From positions 3,466,401-3,530,400 of the forward strand of contig MU004231.1 of the NCBI GenBank assembly GCA_010405405.1: a stretch of 64,000 nucleotides of DNA, written 5' to 3'. This document shows, piece by piece, positions 23,524 to 37,056 of this stretch. Source of the DNA: Microthyrium microscopicum. Its lineage: Eukaryota. Position 1 is the stretch's first letter, and every line of letters starts with the position of its first letter. Under the pieces are notes generated by a model. The model did no database searches and was not told the origin of the DNA. It saw only the letters and a list, made by a program, of their open reading frames with translations. The translations under genes were made by a program, and so were the position numbers.

Positions 23524-25479
23524 ATGGGCCTTAAAAGCTTGACAAGCTTAGCGATGCTGGTGCCAATGCTTATTGCAACTCTCTTTCCTTTAACAGTACT
23601 TGCTAGTACTGTCACATATGATCTTGAGGCTTCGTGGATGAGAGCAAGCCCAGATGGATTCGAAAGAAGCGTGATTGGAATCAACGGGGAGTGGCCTCTA
23701 CCAACTCTTTATGCCACAAAGGGCGATACAGTCACTGTGACTCTCAAAAACAGCCTTGGGAATGTTAGCACAAGTCTGCATTGGCATGGTATTTTTCAAA
23801 ATGGTACCACAAACATGGATGGATCAGTAGGCGCCTCGCAGTGCTCTATACCACCAGGATCCTCATTGACATACAACTTCACGGCAAGTCCTTCTCTCGA
23901 ATGTTGAAGAAGATGTGCTAAGAGATATAGCTTAACCAATCCGGCACGTACTGGTACCACTCACATTTGAAGGGGCAATACCCAGATGGTATGCGCGCAC
24001 CTTTTATCATTGCGGATCCAGACATGCCTTTCAAGAACGACTACGATGAGGAGCTCGTAATATCCCTCTCTGATTGGTATCATGATTTCACCATGGATCT
24101 CGCAAAGAGTTTCCTGAGTGTAGGCAATCCAACTGGCGCAGAGCCAGTACCAGATTCTGCACTAATGAACGAAACCCAAAACCTCAACGTCAAAGTTGCT
24201 CCCGGCAAAACCTATCTGATCCGCCTGGTAAACCTAGGCGCTTTTGCGAATCAAAGGTTTTGGATTGAAGGCCATCAAATGAAAGTGGTAGAAGTAGACG
24301 GGGTATGGACGGAACCAAAAGACGCCAGTATTATTTACCTGGCGGTGGCACAGCGCTGTTCTGTTCTTGTGTCGACGACCAACAGTACTGGAGCCAATTT
24401 TCCCATGGTGACCAGTATGGACACGGTTCGTGTTTAGCTTTGCTTGTGCACATTCTACACTGCTAATGATGAGAAGGATTTGTTTGATGCTATTCCAGAT
24501 GGCCTTCAGTGGAACACAACCGGATGGCTGGTCTACGATGATTCAAAACCCAAGCCTGCGCCTAAGGTTCTTGATACTTTCGATGACTTTGACGACTTTA
24601 CACTTGTACCACAAGATCGCCTACCTCGATTCCCCGAACCTGACCACACAATCACTCTCGATCTATACATGGACAATCTTGGCGATGGAGCCAACTAGTA
24701 TGCTTCTCACTCTTCATCCCTTTCGATGCTTTACTGACAGAAAACAGTGCCTTTTTTAGCGGACAAACATACGTTTCGCCCAAAGTACCAACCATATACT
24801 CAGTCATGACTTTAGGCGAAGATGCCGCGAACGTCAGTGTGTATGGCGACAACACAAACGCTTACATCCTCGAGAAAGGACAAGTCATTGAAGTCATCAT
24901 CAACAATCAAGATCCTGGAAAGCATCCCGTCCATCTTCACGGTCATAACTTCCAGGTCGTTGCACGGGAGGCAGCAGATACTGGCGACGCACCAGCAAAT
25001 CTGACTGACGCTGGAACACCTGGTTTGCCAATGCGACGTGATACAATCACTCTATGGCCAACAAGCTATGCTCGAGTACGCTTCATTGCTGACAATCCTG
25101 GTGTTTGGCTCTTCCATTGCCACATCGAGTGGTATGTAGATTAGAACCTATCTCTGTCATATAAAGCTAACCCAAAGACAGGCACACTATTTCTGGTCTC
25201 ATTGCAACCTTCATTGAAGCACCCTTGGAAGTACAGAAGTCACTCAAGATACCAGACGATCACCTCGCAGTCTGCAAAGCTGAAGGCGTCCCAACTGCTG
25301 GAAATGCAGCAGGTAACACTGTTAACCACTTTGATCTGACAGGCGAGAACAAGTCACCTGCCCCGCTTCCAGCTGGATTCACTGCCCGTGGTATTGTAGC
25401 CCTGGTCTTCAGCTGCATTGCTGCCTTTTTGGGCTGTGCTGTTATCGCTTGGTACGGCTATGCCCCATTGAAACAATAA
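23524..25479 (+). CDS. FET3: Multicopper ferroxidase Fet3; 5 exons; start may be 23524 or 23554
   Basis: Signal peptide; copper motifs [17 protein letters not shown] and [17 protein letters not shown]-terminal [16 protein letters not shown]. Introns at about 23884-23930, 24426-24476, 24698-24748 and 25132-25181. Confidence 0.95.
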
Positions 25480-26430
25480 AGCATTCACGTTCTCGGTGTT
25501 TTACTGTTGGACACGATCTTTCGGAAGAAAAGCGGTCTTCGTCATCAATGATGTACATGCCCATATTTTTAATTTAATGTTTCGTTGCGACTGTATTGAG
25601 AAGATGTAAAATGATACCAATGTTTTGTTTTAAAGCAACTACCAATCGCGCAGTGTTGAAATTCTTGGACGTCTCGGATTATTTATAATAAGCGTGAGTA
25701 ATGAGGACAATCTGATTGTGCCCGAAGTTTTCATCTAAGGTCGGTGGCTTGGAATTGCACCAAGGAGCATAACAGAGCTGGTTATGCCTCGCGTTCTGCT
25801 CTGCTGATGCCGTGTGCTGGATCAAAGATATACCAGGTAGCTGAGAGCTAATTTTCTAAGGTCGAGCCATGGGGTTTGAACGAAGTCTTCGATTGCAAGC
25901 AAAATGTCTCTACAAAAACTATTACTTGTCAGCACAATTAGCTTCGGTAATTATATACACAAGCAGTTCCTTCAAATCGGCGCAGACCTAGCTGATTTTC
26001 TTGGTTCGACTACTACTCCAGTAAGGTGTCTCAGTTAGGTGCTTTTCAAGCCCTTCCATATCAGGTTTCCAAGCCCTGCTCTTATACTCTCTACATTATA
26101 GTACTATAGTACTATAGTACAAAGTTATAAGTTTTTAGATCGTGATAAACCGCGGTGGGGCGCAGCCATGCGCAGTGTTTCTAAAGTTGAGGTTTTGAAC
26201 TATCAGTACTGTATCCACGCGAAACACAGACTTATGATGCCCGGTTCAGTCTGTTCTATTAGTCTTCAAACAATTAACATCTAAAGCTGTCAGAAGTAGT
26301 AGGCAACTTCCATAAACACTGGGCCACCCCCGTTTCCATACTTCTACCCTTGCTCTGCTCTATTTTGAACCATATGCTCGTCATCTGTACATCATCCTTC
26401 TTTCGAAACGAATGAAACTGGAAAGACGAC

Positions 26431-27345
26431 ATGCCTGCCATACTCAAAACTGTTTCACTGCTTCTACGAGCTCTTGAGCTCATATTTGCAGTCATCATCA
26501 TAGCTCTTTCTGGTCGAATGATATCAACATCAGTGTGGAATGCTGTCCCGCGCAGGTTGGGCGGCAATGCTGCCGAAGTCAATTTCGCCATGTTTCTTGG
26601 AGTTTTCGCACTTGTCACAACACTACTACTTGGACCTTTAACTTTTCGTCTGCCCAGAGCAGGACTGGCTCTTTACGCCATTGCCGGTCTTGATTTACTG
26701 AACATGTGCCTCAACTTAGGGGGAGGGATTGGATTGGCTGCAGCCATGGATATTCACAGCTGTGACAACAGGAGATATACAAGATATAATCGCATCACCA
26801 ACAGCTCTGCTGACACCAGGGCTCGCTGTATGGAAGCACAAGGCACTACAGCATTCATCTGGCTCAACTTCCTCGCTTTCGCCCTTTCTTTCGGTCTTTC
26901 GATCCAAAGTATCCTCGTGAGGCATGAAGATTCTGCAGTTTCTAACCCAGAGATGGCGTCGAACACTTCAAGGCATAACCACGGATCAAATGGACCAATA
27001 CTTGATCCACCGTCTTCGAGGAGCAATAGACTTCGAGTTCCTGTCCCGGGCTTCGGCAAATCAAAGAACACTCCCACAGCAAGCAATACACAGCCAAATA
27101 TCAGCGAAACTAGGCCAATTCCAGTACGAACTAGTACCGAGAACATCACCGCTCTTCCGCAAATTCATCAACCCGTACCTACCAGACCTCAAAGCCATGG
27201 CCATTTCACAGAAGAGTTCAACAGAAACGACACAGGGGAGAACTACGGACATACTGTGCCAGTTGCTCCTCCAGCACCACCAGTGAGCGACCAAATAGAG
27301 CATGCCGATGGCTCAGGAAGTCGCAAGATCGTCCTCAATGGATAG
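26431..27345 (+). CDS. MARVEL-domain (4-TM) membrane protein with a disordered C-terminal tail
   Basis: LLLRALELIFAVIIIALSG...VNFAMF...LDLLN..LNLGGGIGLAA...RCMEAQGTTAFIW; four hydrophobic helices. Confidence 0.8.
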   Translation: MPAILKTVSLLLRALELIFAVIIIALSGRMISTSVWNAVPRRLGGNAAEVNFAMFLGVFALVTTLLLGPLTFRLPRAGLALYAIAGLDLLNMCLNLGGGIGLAAAMDIHSCDNRRYTRYNRITNSSADTRARCMEAQGTTAFIWLNFLAFALSFGLSIQSILVRHEDSAVSNPEMASNTSRHNHGSNGPILDPPSSRSNRLRVPVPGFGKSKNTPTASNTQPNISETRPIPVRTSTENITALPQIHQPVPTRPQSHGHFTEEFNRNDTGENYGHTVPVAPPAPPVSDQIEHADGSGSRKIVLNG

Positions 27346-28190
27346 TAGCATTGCTGATATAGCAACATTGACGGCGGTTTGAAGCAGTGTGGATGGTTAA
27401 AACGGAAACGATAATGAAATGTTGGTATTCACTTATCACACTTGGGGCTCAATGAGAAACAACGAACTGTTTATATTAACTCCATATTAAGAAACCCTCG
27501 GCCAAGGCACGGTCTCTTATCTTCAACGCTCTTGTTTGTTTCCTGGGATGCACGGATACAAGTGAGGTGATCTTAATGAAACAACTCGATAAATCGGCGA
27601 TGAGAATACTAAACATAGCTAGGAAGTTTAAGACATTACTGATGGCCTGATCTGACACTAGTATGGATTTTGGAAGGAGGCAGGTGATGGTAGTTATATT
27701 TCCGTCGGTTGAGTACCTAATTACCAAAAAGCAATGAGCCAATATGTAGTAGTGTACTCTAAAGAGTTGTTCAGTGATAAATAGGGGCCGCAATCTGGCA
27801 CTCTCTGGTACTCAACTAGAGGATATTGATTCTATAGCAGTATATTCATCTGAATCAAAAGATAGATTACGTTGAATCTACCTTTTAGTAACAGGTAAGT
27901 CGAGAACAATTGAATAGATCGATAAGAAGTAAAGTCTTGTTATTGTACCATGACACTTCGATAAAAGCCTGAAGCCTGAGTGGTATGGGAGAAATTCTCA
28001 TGATAATATAGATACATGCAAATCATACATAACGTCTCCCTACTCTAGTGCGATTGCCTCCCTCCTGAAAGATCTAGGTAAATGACACATATTCTATAAT
28101 GGTTCTAAAAAGGCAAATGCTATGCTGTTGCGTGTCCTACGCAATGCAACCAGAACTCCTCGCTAAAAGCAAATATAAATTCAGGTGGTA

Positions 28191-29939
28191 TCATCGCGGC
28201 CGTGATTGTTGAGAAATATCGACACTCTTCTTGCTCTTCCCGCTCTCGGCATCGCTCGGTCGACCGCCAGTCAGTGGTTCTGCAGTTGGGCTACCTAGCG
28301 GCTCTGTGGCAGGGAATAGATCTGGCAATCGTTCCCATTCCGGCGTTGAGCTCCGGCTATGTGGTTCGTCTGGACTTCTTTCGGGTTTCCGGATTTTATC
28401 TTCGAATCGAAGACCCCATAGTCCTCCGCCCTCCTCAGATCGCCGGTAGGTCCGCTGAGGGCTTTGCATCTCAATGTCAAAGTCGACGCTTTCCGTGACG
28501 CTGACTTGGACATCAACAACTTTGGCGATGCCTGCTGAATCCTCGATAAATGGCCAGATCGCCGCGCGATCACTGTATTCTGCTGAAGCTAATATATCAA
28601 GACTCTTGTTCTTTGACAAATCTCTGGATCCGGAGCCACTCTTCGACCCTGAACTTTGAGATATTTTCAATTCTTTCTCCAGCTGTGATCCTCCAATGAC
28701 AGTGGTGGTGTAACCTTGGGATTCACCAACGGATTCCCATGGGCGAAATATGGATGGTAAGCTTTCGGGGTTATCGTAGATTGGTTGTGGTTTGGTAATG
28801 GATGACTTCCAGTAAGATTTCTTCCCGTCTCCAGTTCGATTGTGAGTAAGATGATTCTTAGTGGAGCGAACCATGCGTTTGAGTAGAGGTCGCATTGTTG
28901 CGAGTGAACCAGCGACGATGCCAGTACCGAGCTCGATGGTTGACCATATTGAGATGTTGACGGCGGCGACTGACATAATTAGCGATGTGCTGGACCATCA
29001 GCAATAGCATTACTTACAGAAAAAGTCGTCGTGAAATCCCAGATTCTTAACATAGAGGAAACGAACGATTGAGCAGATGCTTCCACTTGAATTTGTTAGC
29101 AGGGGATATCCGACGCCAATGAAACAACAACTCACAAGCCTCCCAGACTGAGAATCAAACCCGCCGAGATTTTGGAGCGCATGTCCATAGTAACGTTCCA
29201 AAGGAGATAAATAGGCATAATGGCGAAAATGAGATCGGTTATTGTTGATACTGCAGCTTGTTCGTAGCCCAGTGCGACTGAAACATTGCCACTTGTGCAA
29301 AGGTTCAGTAGTTGGCGATCCGCTTGGTTCTTTGGATTACCACATCGGAAAATAACGTAGAGAATATGATACGAATTGACGAGTGTGCTGAGGCAGCAAG
29401 TGGCGATGACAAATCTCCGAACTCCTTTCTGGATAACAACGCGAAGAAAGAAGTAACCCAGTGAGAGCTTGAGGAATATTTGCGTCGACAAGTAGAACAC
29501 TTCGTTGACCGTCGTCCACTACAAGAGGTTAGACGGACTATGTTGCTATAGTAAATATTAACGTACGTTGATTGCGGCTCTTATTGACGCTGCGGAATCT
29601 GTTAGACTCAGATGTGTTCCACCTCCATTGGCAACAATCTCCATCAACGCAGCATTGTATATGATGAAGTTGACCTATTCTATATCAACATCTACCTCCA
29701 AAAGTGCTGAGTATTTAAAGCCTTACCAAGGCTACGACCATAAAATAATCATCGGCTCCAAGCGAGTTTGACATTGCTTTTCGAACCCATAATCGCACAA
29801 TGACCGATGGAATAGCAAGCGCGAGAAAGACAGTGGTAACCGCTATTTGATATGGCTGGCGGTTATGTATCGACATGTCGCTGTGTATGCCCTTGAGCGG
29901 ACTGCCCGGCTCGGTGAAGTTTTCTGGAGGGGCGTCCAT
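28191..29939 (-). CDS. PTH11-like integral membrane protein / putative GPCR (no CFEM domain), multi-exon
   Basis: VIVRLWVR...LGADDYFM, FLKLSLGYFFLRV, TDLIFAIMPIYLLW, ICSIVRF, WSTIELGTGIVAGSLATMRPL. Confidence 0.85.
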
Positions 29940-32394
29940 TTTAGTTTAACGACTCTTATGGCATCGTGACGGGTGGGATGGGGGTGGATCTTGGAGGTTG
30001 GGCTTGGTAGGAAGACGCACCTTAAACCTTATTGTTCAAACTACACCATAGATAACCCAGCTCTGAACAGTGTATGGGCCTAGTTACTACGCGTGGGACA
30101 ACTTGCGCAAAGACCATGCCTTGGTAATTGAGCCGGATTGATCGGAATGATAGTAGATTGGAAAAGCTCCGTGGGTAGTCAAGCTGGACCCAAGCTTATA
30201 TCATTCGTTGACTCGGGCTCTTCTTGACCGGGCAGCATGGGGGAAGAGAGAGACAAAGCTCACCGAAGACACTCTACCTAGCTCTATAGTTGAGTAAGGT
30301 GCTCGAGGAAGGTTAATTAATTTGCAAGCATGGTCCTAGCAGATTGAGTACAAGGAGAAGCACATATCTGAGATGAAGACGCACGTCACATTCTGAGGAC
30401 GTGCGTTTCTTCCACAAGCAGCTTCGCCTGGTCTCTCTCGCACGTTTTGAACAAGACTCCCAGTGAGGCGGATACATACAAATGCTTGTTCTAGTGCGGT
30501 TGCAAAACCATGGCACAGCGTGGCGAAAAAACGACAGATGCAGGAAGGTTACCTCGCTCCTGAGTCGCGACATGCGTTGCCAAGAAGTTCCACAAGGCAA
30601 ATCTAACCTTGTGCTTACACAGGGGGAATAAGAAATGGCACTGACTATATAATTCGTCGCACTGGCTGTGGAAACAGTCACTCTGTTTCTAGAATAGGAA
30701 CGTCCTTGCACAGCGTCTGTGCCTATGAGCTTATTTAACTGTTTTAGTCTGAGAGATGTTGTGTGTATAGGGTTTAGAACTTGACCTCTTGAGCGTCAAG
30801 ATAAGTGAGCCGTTCAGACCAATAGTGCCATCGACCATCCCTTGTCATCGAGTGCTTTATTTTTCACTAAGCGTTCAATTGTTGAAGAGTTATCGAACAG
30901 GATGTGAAATATAGCATCTTTTCATTGAAAAGTGCTATAGCAGTCATTGTAGTTGATGGCAATGTCCGTCTACATGGCTCACTTATTTTGACGGCCGAGA
31001 GGCTGATATCCCAACATAACGCCAGCCATAAAATTGTCGAGGCCTCAAGCATCGACTGTATGTTTTTGCCAAAGTGACAACAGTGTCGTGTGATTCGATC
31101 GCTGTACGTCCGTCGGTATTCTTGAGACAACGTATGATCCCTGAAGGCCGAGGAGCCCATGATCGATTCTAAGCTCTTACTGGACGTGGTTCGCGAGTAT
31201 TAGCTCAGAACCACACGATTGGATGGGAAATAATTCCTCGGCCTGTAGGGTCGTAGTGAAGAAGCACCATGGAAGGACGTGTCGAACCAGTAACAATCAA
31301 CCGTAGGCAAGGATTGGTCTGTAGGTCGTCGTATCCTTCTAGAAGGTATCCTTCTGTAAAACCCTGCGGTCCTCCTCCCGTACCACACGCTAGAACACGC
31401 TAACACAAAATTTATGGTGAGGCGGTATCTGGCCGATTGTGAATGAAAAGATGAATGCCTGTTTAGACCGCTATAATTAGTAATCCGTGAGGACCAAATA
31501 GCGGAATAACAATGTCATGTCCAAATTTGACCAAGACTCTAGGGAATTGCTAGAGATTGGAGCACATATCTTATGTTGCAAGGTACTCATGGAGCTGTGA
31601 ATATAGAGAATATGTATATGAAGAGGAGTAGGCGGGATAAATGAGAAGCGGAGAAGCACGATGTTCACGAAGGCCCTGCAATACGTAGGGCCCGCTAGAT
31701 TGAGCAATGATTCCGTCCAATCGGGTGATGGCGGCGCAAAGTGGATCGAGATTTTAATCTCAAATCAAAGTCCGGTGAGAAGCTCGATGATGAGATGGAA
31801 GTTTGGAACGTACACAAATAATGAAGCCAGAGGCCTAGAGAGAAATCTCAGAAGATCTAAGGCAAGCATCTTATCATATCTCTACTGTAGCTCTCTTAAT
31901 TGGCTGTCGTATCCGAGGATCTACCCGTATCCGAAAAACCACGCGCATCTTATCGCGATCGGATCTTGCTTTGTTTACATCCGACTTCAGTCCCAATTTA
32001 TTCAACCTCTACCTGCAAGTATCAGACAATTGCCCTGCAAGGTGCTGTACACCGGCCTTTCTCCTACTATCCGTACTCTCCTTTCCAATCCAACAGCAGC
32101 CCCTCGGATCGACTGTGCCGTACTCCGATGTTAATGTCGCGTTCCTGTCATACTGGATCAGTCTTCCGCCTCGAGTTTCACCCTGTCTGAACCTGGGCTG
32201 ACTTTCGAAACCGCATTGTTTGATACATTTTCTTGGCTCTGTACTTCTGTGAATCCACCACTTGCACCGCTGCTACCACACAGTGCCCCTGTTGGCTGAA
32301 CAAACGCCTGCAGGTCCGTCGAGCCGCCAGAAACGTGTTTCCATTGTCGAGCAGCAAATCAGTTCTGTCGTGAAATAACACGCGTCGCATCAAC

Positions 32395-33528
32395 ATGCCT
32401 AACGGTGCTCGACGCCAAGCGCGTGCTGCTACTGCTCCTCCGTTCGATGAGCCTGTCGCTGAGAACCCTGATTACTCGGATGACGCGGCCCAGGTATCTA
32501 TGCCATTCGTCGAAGATGACGAAATGTTAGAGGAAGAGGCTGATGTTGTCGATGGTGACGAGGAAGACGATGAGGATCAGATTGGTGAGTTTGATTGAGC
32601 CCTTAAGTCCGCCGAACACATATTACAGCCACCTTCTTCACTGAACTTGATACGCTGCAGTGGGGGTGATTCCCTTAACCAAGTAAGTCACCTGCCATTG
32701 CGACTCCAGCCTAACCTGGATAACTTCAATGTTTCTATACTTGGGTTCGTTGCCTTAGTTCGCTACTAGAGAAGATCCACCAACCTTTCGGTAGGCAGCG
32801 ATCTCCTGCTATCTCGGCTTCTTTAGTAGTTTCGGCACCCGAGCCATGCGATATCATTCAGTATAATACATCTAACGGCTGTTATAGACTCTGCGGAACC
32901 AGCATCTACGGTTCCTCCACCCCCGCCTCCAGGATTAAAAGAAATATCATCCCTTGCCTGCTGGACCGTATCAAGCAGTAAACCAGGATGCTCTGTGGCT
33001 GCATTGCGGGCACCTACGACAAGCCAGTTCTGGCAGTCTGATGGGCCTCAGCCTCATCACCTAAATATCCATTTTTTCAAAATGGTGGCTATTACAGCTA
33101 TGCGAATCTATTTAGATTTTGACCTTGACGAATCATATACCCCGACTTTGATTCGTTTCGCAGCCGGAACGGGTTACAATGATCTGCAGGATTTTAGCAC
33201 CATGCGGTTCGATCAGCCAAAAGGATGGATCGATGTTGACTGGGAGGGTGTCGGCGACCCTATTGATGACGATGATGAAACAGAAAGCGGTCCTGTTTTA
33301 CGGTGCATGCTTGTTCAAGTTAGAATATGCGAAAACCACCAAAACGGGAAGGACACACATCTGCGTGGTCTGCAAATCTTCTCCAGAGACAATACAAAAC
33401 CAACGGCAGACCATCAAGGCACCAATGGACACATTTCGCTTCCCACGAGACTCAACGCTGAAAGAAAGAAGAAACGCCAGTCATGGTCTGATCTTGGTGA
33501 GGGGATTGAAACACCAATATTACGTTGA
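32395..33528 (+). CDS. APC10: Anaphase-promoting complex subunit 10 (Doc1); intron 32585-32887
   Basis: LKEISSLACWTVSSSKPG, FWQSDGPQPH, DESYTP and NHQNGKDTHLRG; C-terminal LR resembles the IR tail. Confidence 0.93.
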
Positions 33529-33671
33529 ATCAAAGGATTTCATTCAGTGACATTCATTCAAGGACCAGAACAAACCATTCAGTTTCCAATAACGAGTTAA
33601 AAATACAGATTGGCAGGTTTCTATTATTATGCATAAATCCTAGAGATCCTAAGGTTGTTTCATTACTCTTT

Positions 33672-34876
33672 CTATGCTTTGAGGATTTGAGTCAACTCTG
33701 CAGCAACAGCATCTCCCATTTCCTTGGTGGAAGCCTTGCCTCCAATGTCGGCTGTTCGAGTGCCCTTCTCAATTACGTTCTCCACGGCTTTATCGATAGC
33801 TGTTGCAAGTTCAGGCAAACACAAGGAGTACTTCAGCATCATACTAATGGACAATATCGTTGCCACTGGGTTGACAATACCCTTTCCAGAAATATCCGGA
33901 GCAGACCCTAGAAGTATGTCGTCAGTATACGTATCAATGCAACCATTTCGAACAACTTACCATGGATTGGTTCATAAATTCCATTAACTCGTTTTTTGCC
34001 ATCGGGCAGAGCAGAAAGACTAGCACTTGGCAACAATCCAAGACTACCAGGAATCACACTCGCCTCATCACTGATAATGTCGCCAAATAGATTGCTTGTC
34101 ACAATGATGCCGTTCAGCGATGTAGGGTTCTTGATCATGATCATGGCAGCCGAATCGATCAGTTGGTGCTCGAACTTTAGTTGTGGGAATTCCTCTGTCA
34201 TGACATTGGTGACTGTCTTTCTCCAGAGACGACTGGTGGCGAGAACATTGGCTTTGTCAAGACTCCATACCTTTGCGGGCGGGTCCTCTGCTAGAGCAAG
34301 ATAGGCCGCTAGACGTGTGACACGTTCGATCTCTGATCTCGAATATGGTTCTACATCGAAGGCGTAACCATCTCCATCGTCTTCTTTCTTCTCGCCAAAG
34401 TATAGACCGCCAGTGAGCTCTCGTACTATGGTGAAGTTGGTTCCGCGGGCTACATGGTCTTTGAGTGGAGAGGATGAGAGAAGTGAAGGTGCAGCAAAGA
34501 AGCATGGTCGAAGATTGCCGTATGTGTCGAGTTCTTTGCGGAGTTTGAGGATTCCTTGTTCTGGACGAACTGCGCCTGTTCCCCATTTCTACTTCTGTTA
34601 GACTCGATGCAAGAGATACTAGAAAATCTGTTAACTTACTGGTCCGCCAATAGCACCTAGCAGGATAGCATCAGCCGACTTGGCAGCATTGAGCGCTTCA
34701 TCTGTGATTGCAGTTCCATGCGCATCTATCGAACAGCCTCCAAGGAGATGTTCTTGAAAGTTGAATTTGAGGTCTGGTCGCGCTTGTTCGATAGTCTTGA
34801 GGATTTTGATCCCCTCTGCAGTCACTTCAGGACCACAGTGATCACCAGCGAATACGACAATGTTGAAGGACGACAT
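33672..34876 (-). CDS. LEU2: 3-isopropylmalate dehydrogenase; introns at about 34590-34639 and 33908-33960
   Basis: [65 protein letters not shown]. Confidence 0.97.
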
Positions 34877-35338
34877 ATTGCTTGCTATCAGAAAGAAAGT
34901 TTTGAAAGGGAAAAGTTGGTGGCATATCAGCTCCGATGATGGAGTCTAGAGGTTTATTTGGAAAGCTTGATGTGCGACATCGGGCTAGCTTTTTTTAATG
35001 GTGGCATGTAAGCAATGAATCTGGTTCCACCCCACTGGCATCACTACAACATAGGACTTTCTACTTTTGCTACTTTTGCTCCTCCTCTTTTCCGATACTG
35101 TTTCCAAAGGATTGGGACTCTGTTTAGAACACTAGCCCGCGTTGCGCAACATGTGGTATCTATACCTTGATGACCGAGGCCTGTGATGTGATGCACGACA
35201 TAATTTGGTCTTCCCCGCAATGCCGTCTGTCGCTATCCGATGATGGCATCCCTTCCTAGTGGTTGTAATCTTTATGTGTTGTGCATTGTATTTATTTCTG
35301 GCTCTATACTGCCTTCGAGTTAACAACTTCGATTCGAA

Positions 35339-37056
35339 ATGGCTTCGACCTGGCAGGCAATTGCGAAACGAAAGAAACAAGAGCAATGGAGTCGAATCCC
35401 CGCCGAATATAGACTACAGTCCGATTTCAAGAAAGATCCAGTCAATGTACTTGATGTACCACGAACATGTGGTCTATTGAGTGCTATCGAACTAGACATC
35501 ACAGAAAGCTACGACGCCACATCTCTCGCTGATGCGATAAGAGCCAGGAAACTATCTGCCGTCCAAGTAACAACAGCTTTCTGCAAAAGAGCCGCAATTG
35601 CTCACCAGCTGGTCCGTTTATATCATCTATCAGAATCACCAACTAACCCTTCCAGACGAACTGCCTAACCCAAATCTTCTTTGACCGCGCTCTCGCCCGC
35701 GCAAACGAACTAGACGCCTACCTCACGAAACACAAAAAACCCCTCGGTCCCTTCCACGGAATCCCAATCTCCCTAAAAGATGGTTTCAAGATCGCCGGCC
35801 TCGACGCTACAATCGGCTACGTCGGACTCGCCTTCAAACCCGCCAGCATCAATAGCCCACTGGTTAATCTCCTCCTCGCCGCCGGCGCAGTCCTCTACTG
35901 CAAAACGAACATCCCGCAAACACTGTCCGCACTTGACTCACACAACAACCTTTTCGGCCGAGTGCTCAACCCGTCAAACTTAGCTCTCACAGCTGGCGGG
36001 TCCTCCGGCGGGGAAGGTGCATTGATCGCGATGCGTGGTAGCGTGTTGGGCGTAGGCACAGATGTTGGTGGGAGTATACGCATACCGGCATTTTGTAATG
36101 GTGTTTACGGTATCAAACCTAGTGCTGGGAGAGTGCCATTTGCGGGACAGGAGACGGGGAAGGCGCTAGGGTCGGATAAAGTTGCATTGCAGGCGAGTGC
36201 TGGGCCGTTGGCGGGGAGTCTGAGGGACTGTGAGTTGCTTTTAAGAGTGGTGGCGGATATGCAGGCATGGAAATATGATGTAGATGTTGTCTTTGGGGAC
36301 TGGCGATCGCAGGGCGAGTGTCCGCCAAAGAAAGAGATGGTGGTTGGCGTGGTTAGGAGAGACGGGGTGATTGACCCCTTACCGCCAGTGCATAAGATAC
36401 TGGATGATACAGTGAGGGCGCTCAAGGCGGAGGGCATTAAAGTCGTTGAGATGGATATAAGCTCTCTGTTTTCGCAGTGTCAGTCGCTTGCTAATGCGCT
36501 TATGGGCGTTGAGGGAGGCAATTCAGGGTTCGATATTATGGAATCCACGGGCGAACCGCTGTCTCCATGGTTGCAAAGTCGCATGAAGCGCAAGGCCCCG
36601 TTGACACTGGAGCAGACGCGGGATTTGCATGGAAAGAAAGCAAAGTTGTGTGAGCAGTTCTTGGAAATCTGGACACAAGCGAACGGGACAGCTATCGACG
36701 CCATCATATGCCCAGTTGCGCCCCACCCGGTTCCTCCGATTGATGCTTGGAATGGGGTATCATATACATCCACGTTCGTGTTATTGGACTACCCAGCAGG
36801 CTATCTTCCAGTACGCAAGCTTCAGCATTCTGATTTGGAAGGCTCATTGCCTCAGTCAAAGCCTATTGGATCGTGGGATCAGCGTAATAGGGAAATTTGG
36901 ACTGGAACGGATCATAGCACTTTTCTGGGGTCGTCTTTGGGAGTTCAGGTAGTTGTTCCAAGATTACAAGAGCGAAGGCTGTGTCAAGCTATGGCAGTAA
37001 TTGAGGATAGTATCAGAAGGCAGGGAATAGGAGAGCAAAGTGGTCCAAAGCTATAA
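35339..37056 (+). CDS. Amidase-signature family enzyme (acetamidase/general amidase type); intron 35612-35655
   Basis: PISLKD (catalytic Lys), GGSSGGE and GTDVGGSIRIP (Ser-cisSer-Lys triad). Confidence 0.92.

Noticed and set aside
26096..26120. (TATAGTAC)x3 palindromic tandem repeat
   Set aside because: Too short; a simple microsatellite with no spacers and no other support.
30313..32396. Several 70-157-aa ORFs between the PTH11-like gene and APC10
   Set aside because: No motifs and mostly non-ATG starts; probably promoter/UTR sequence.
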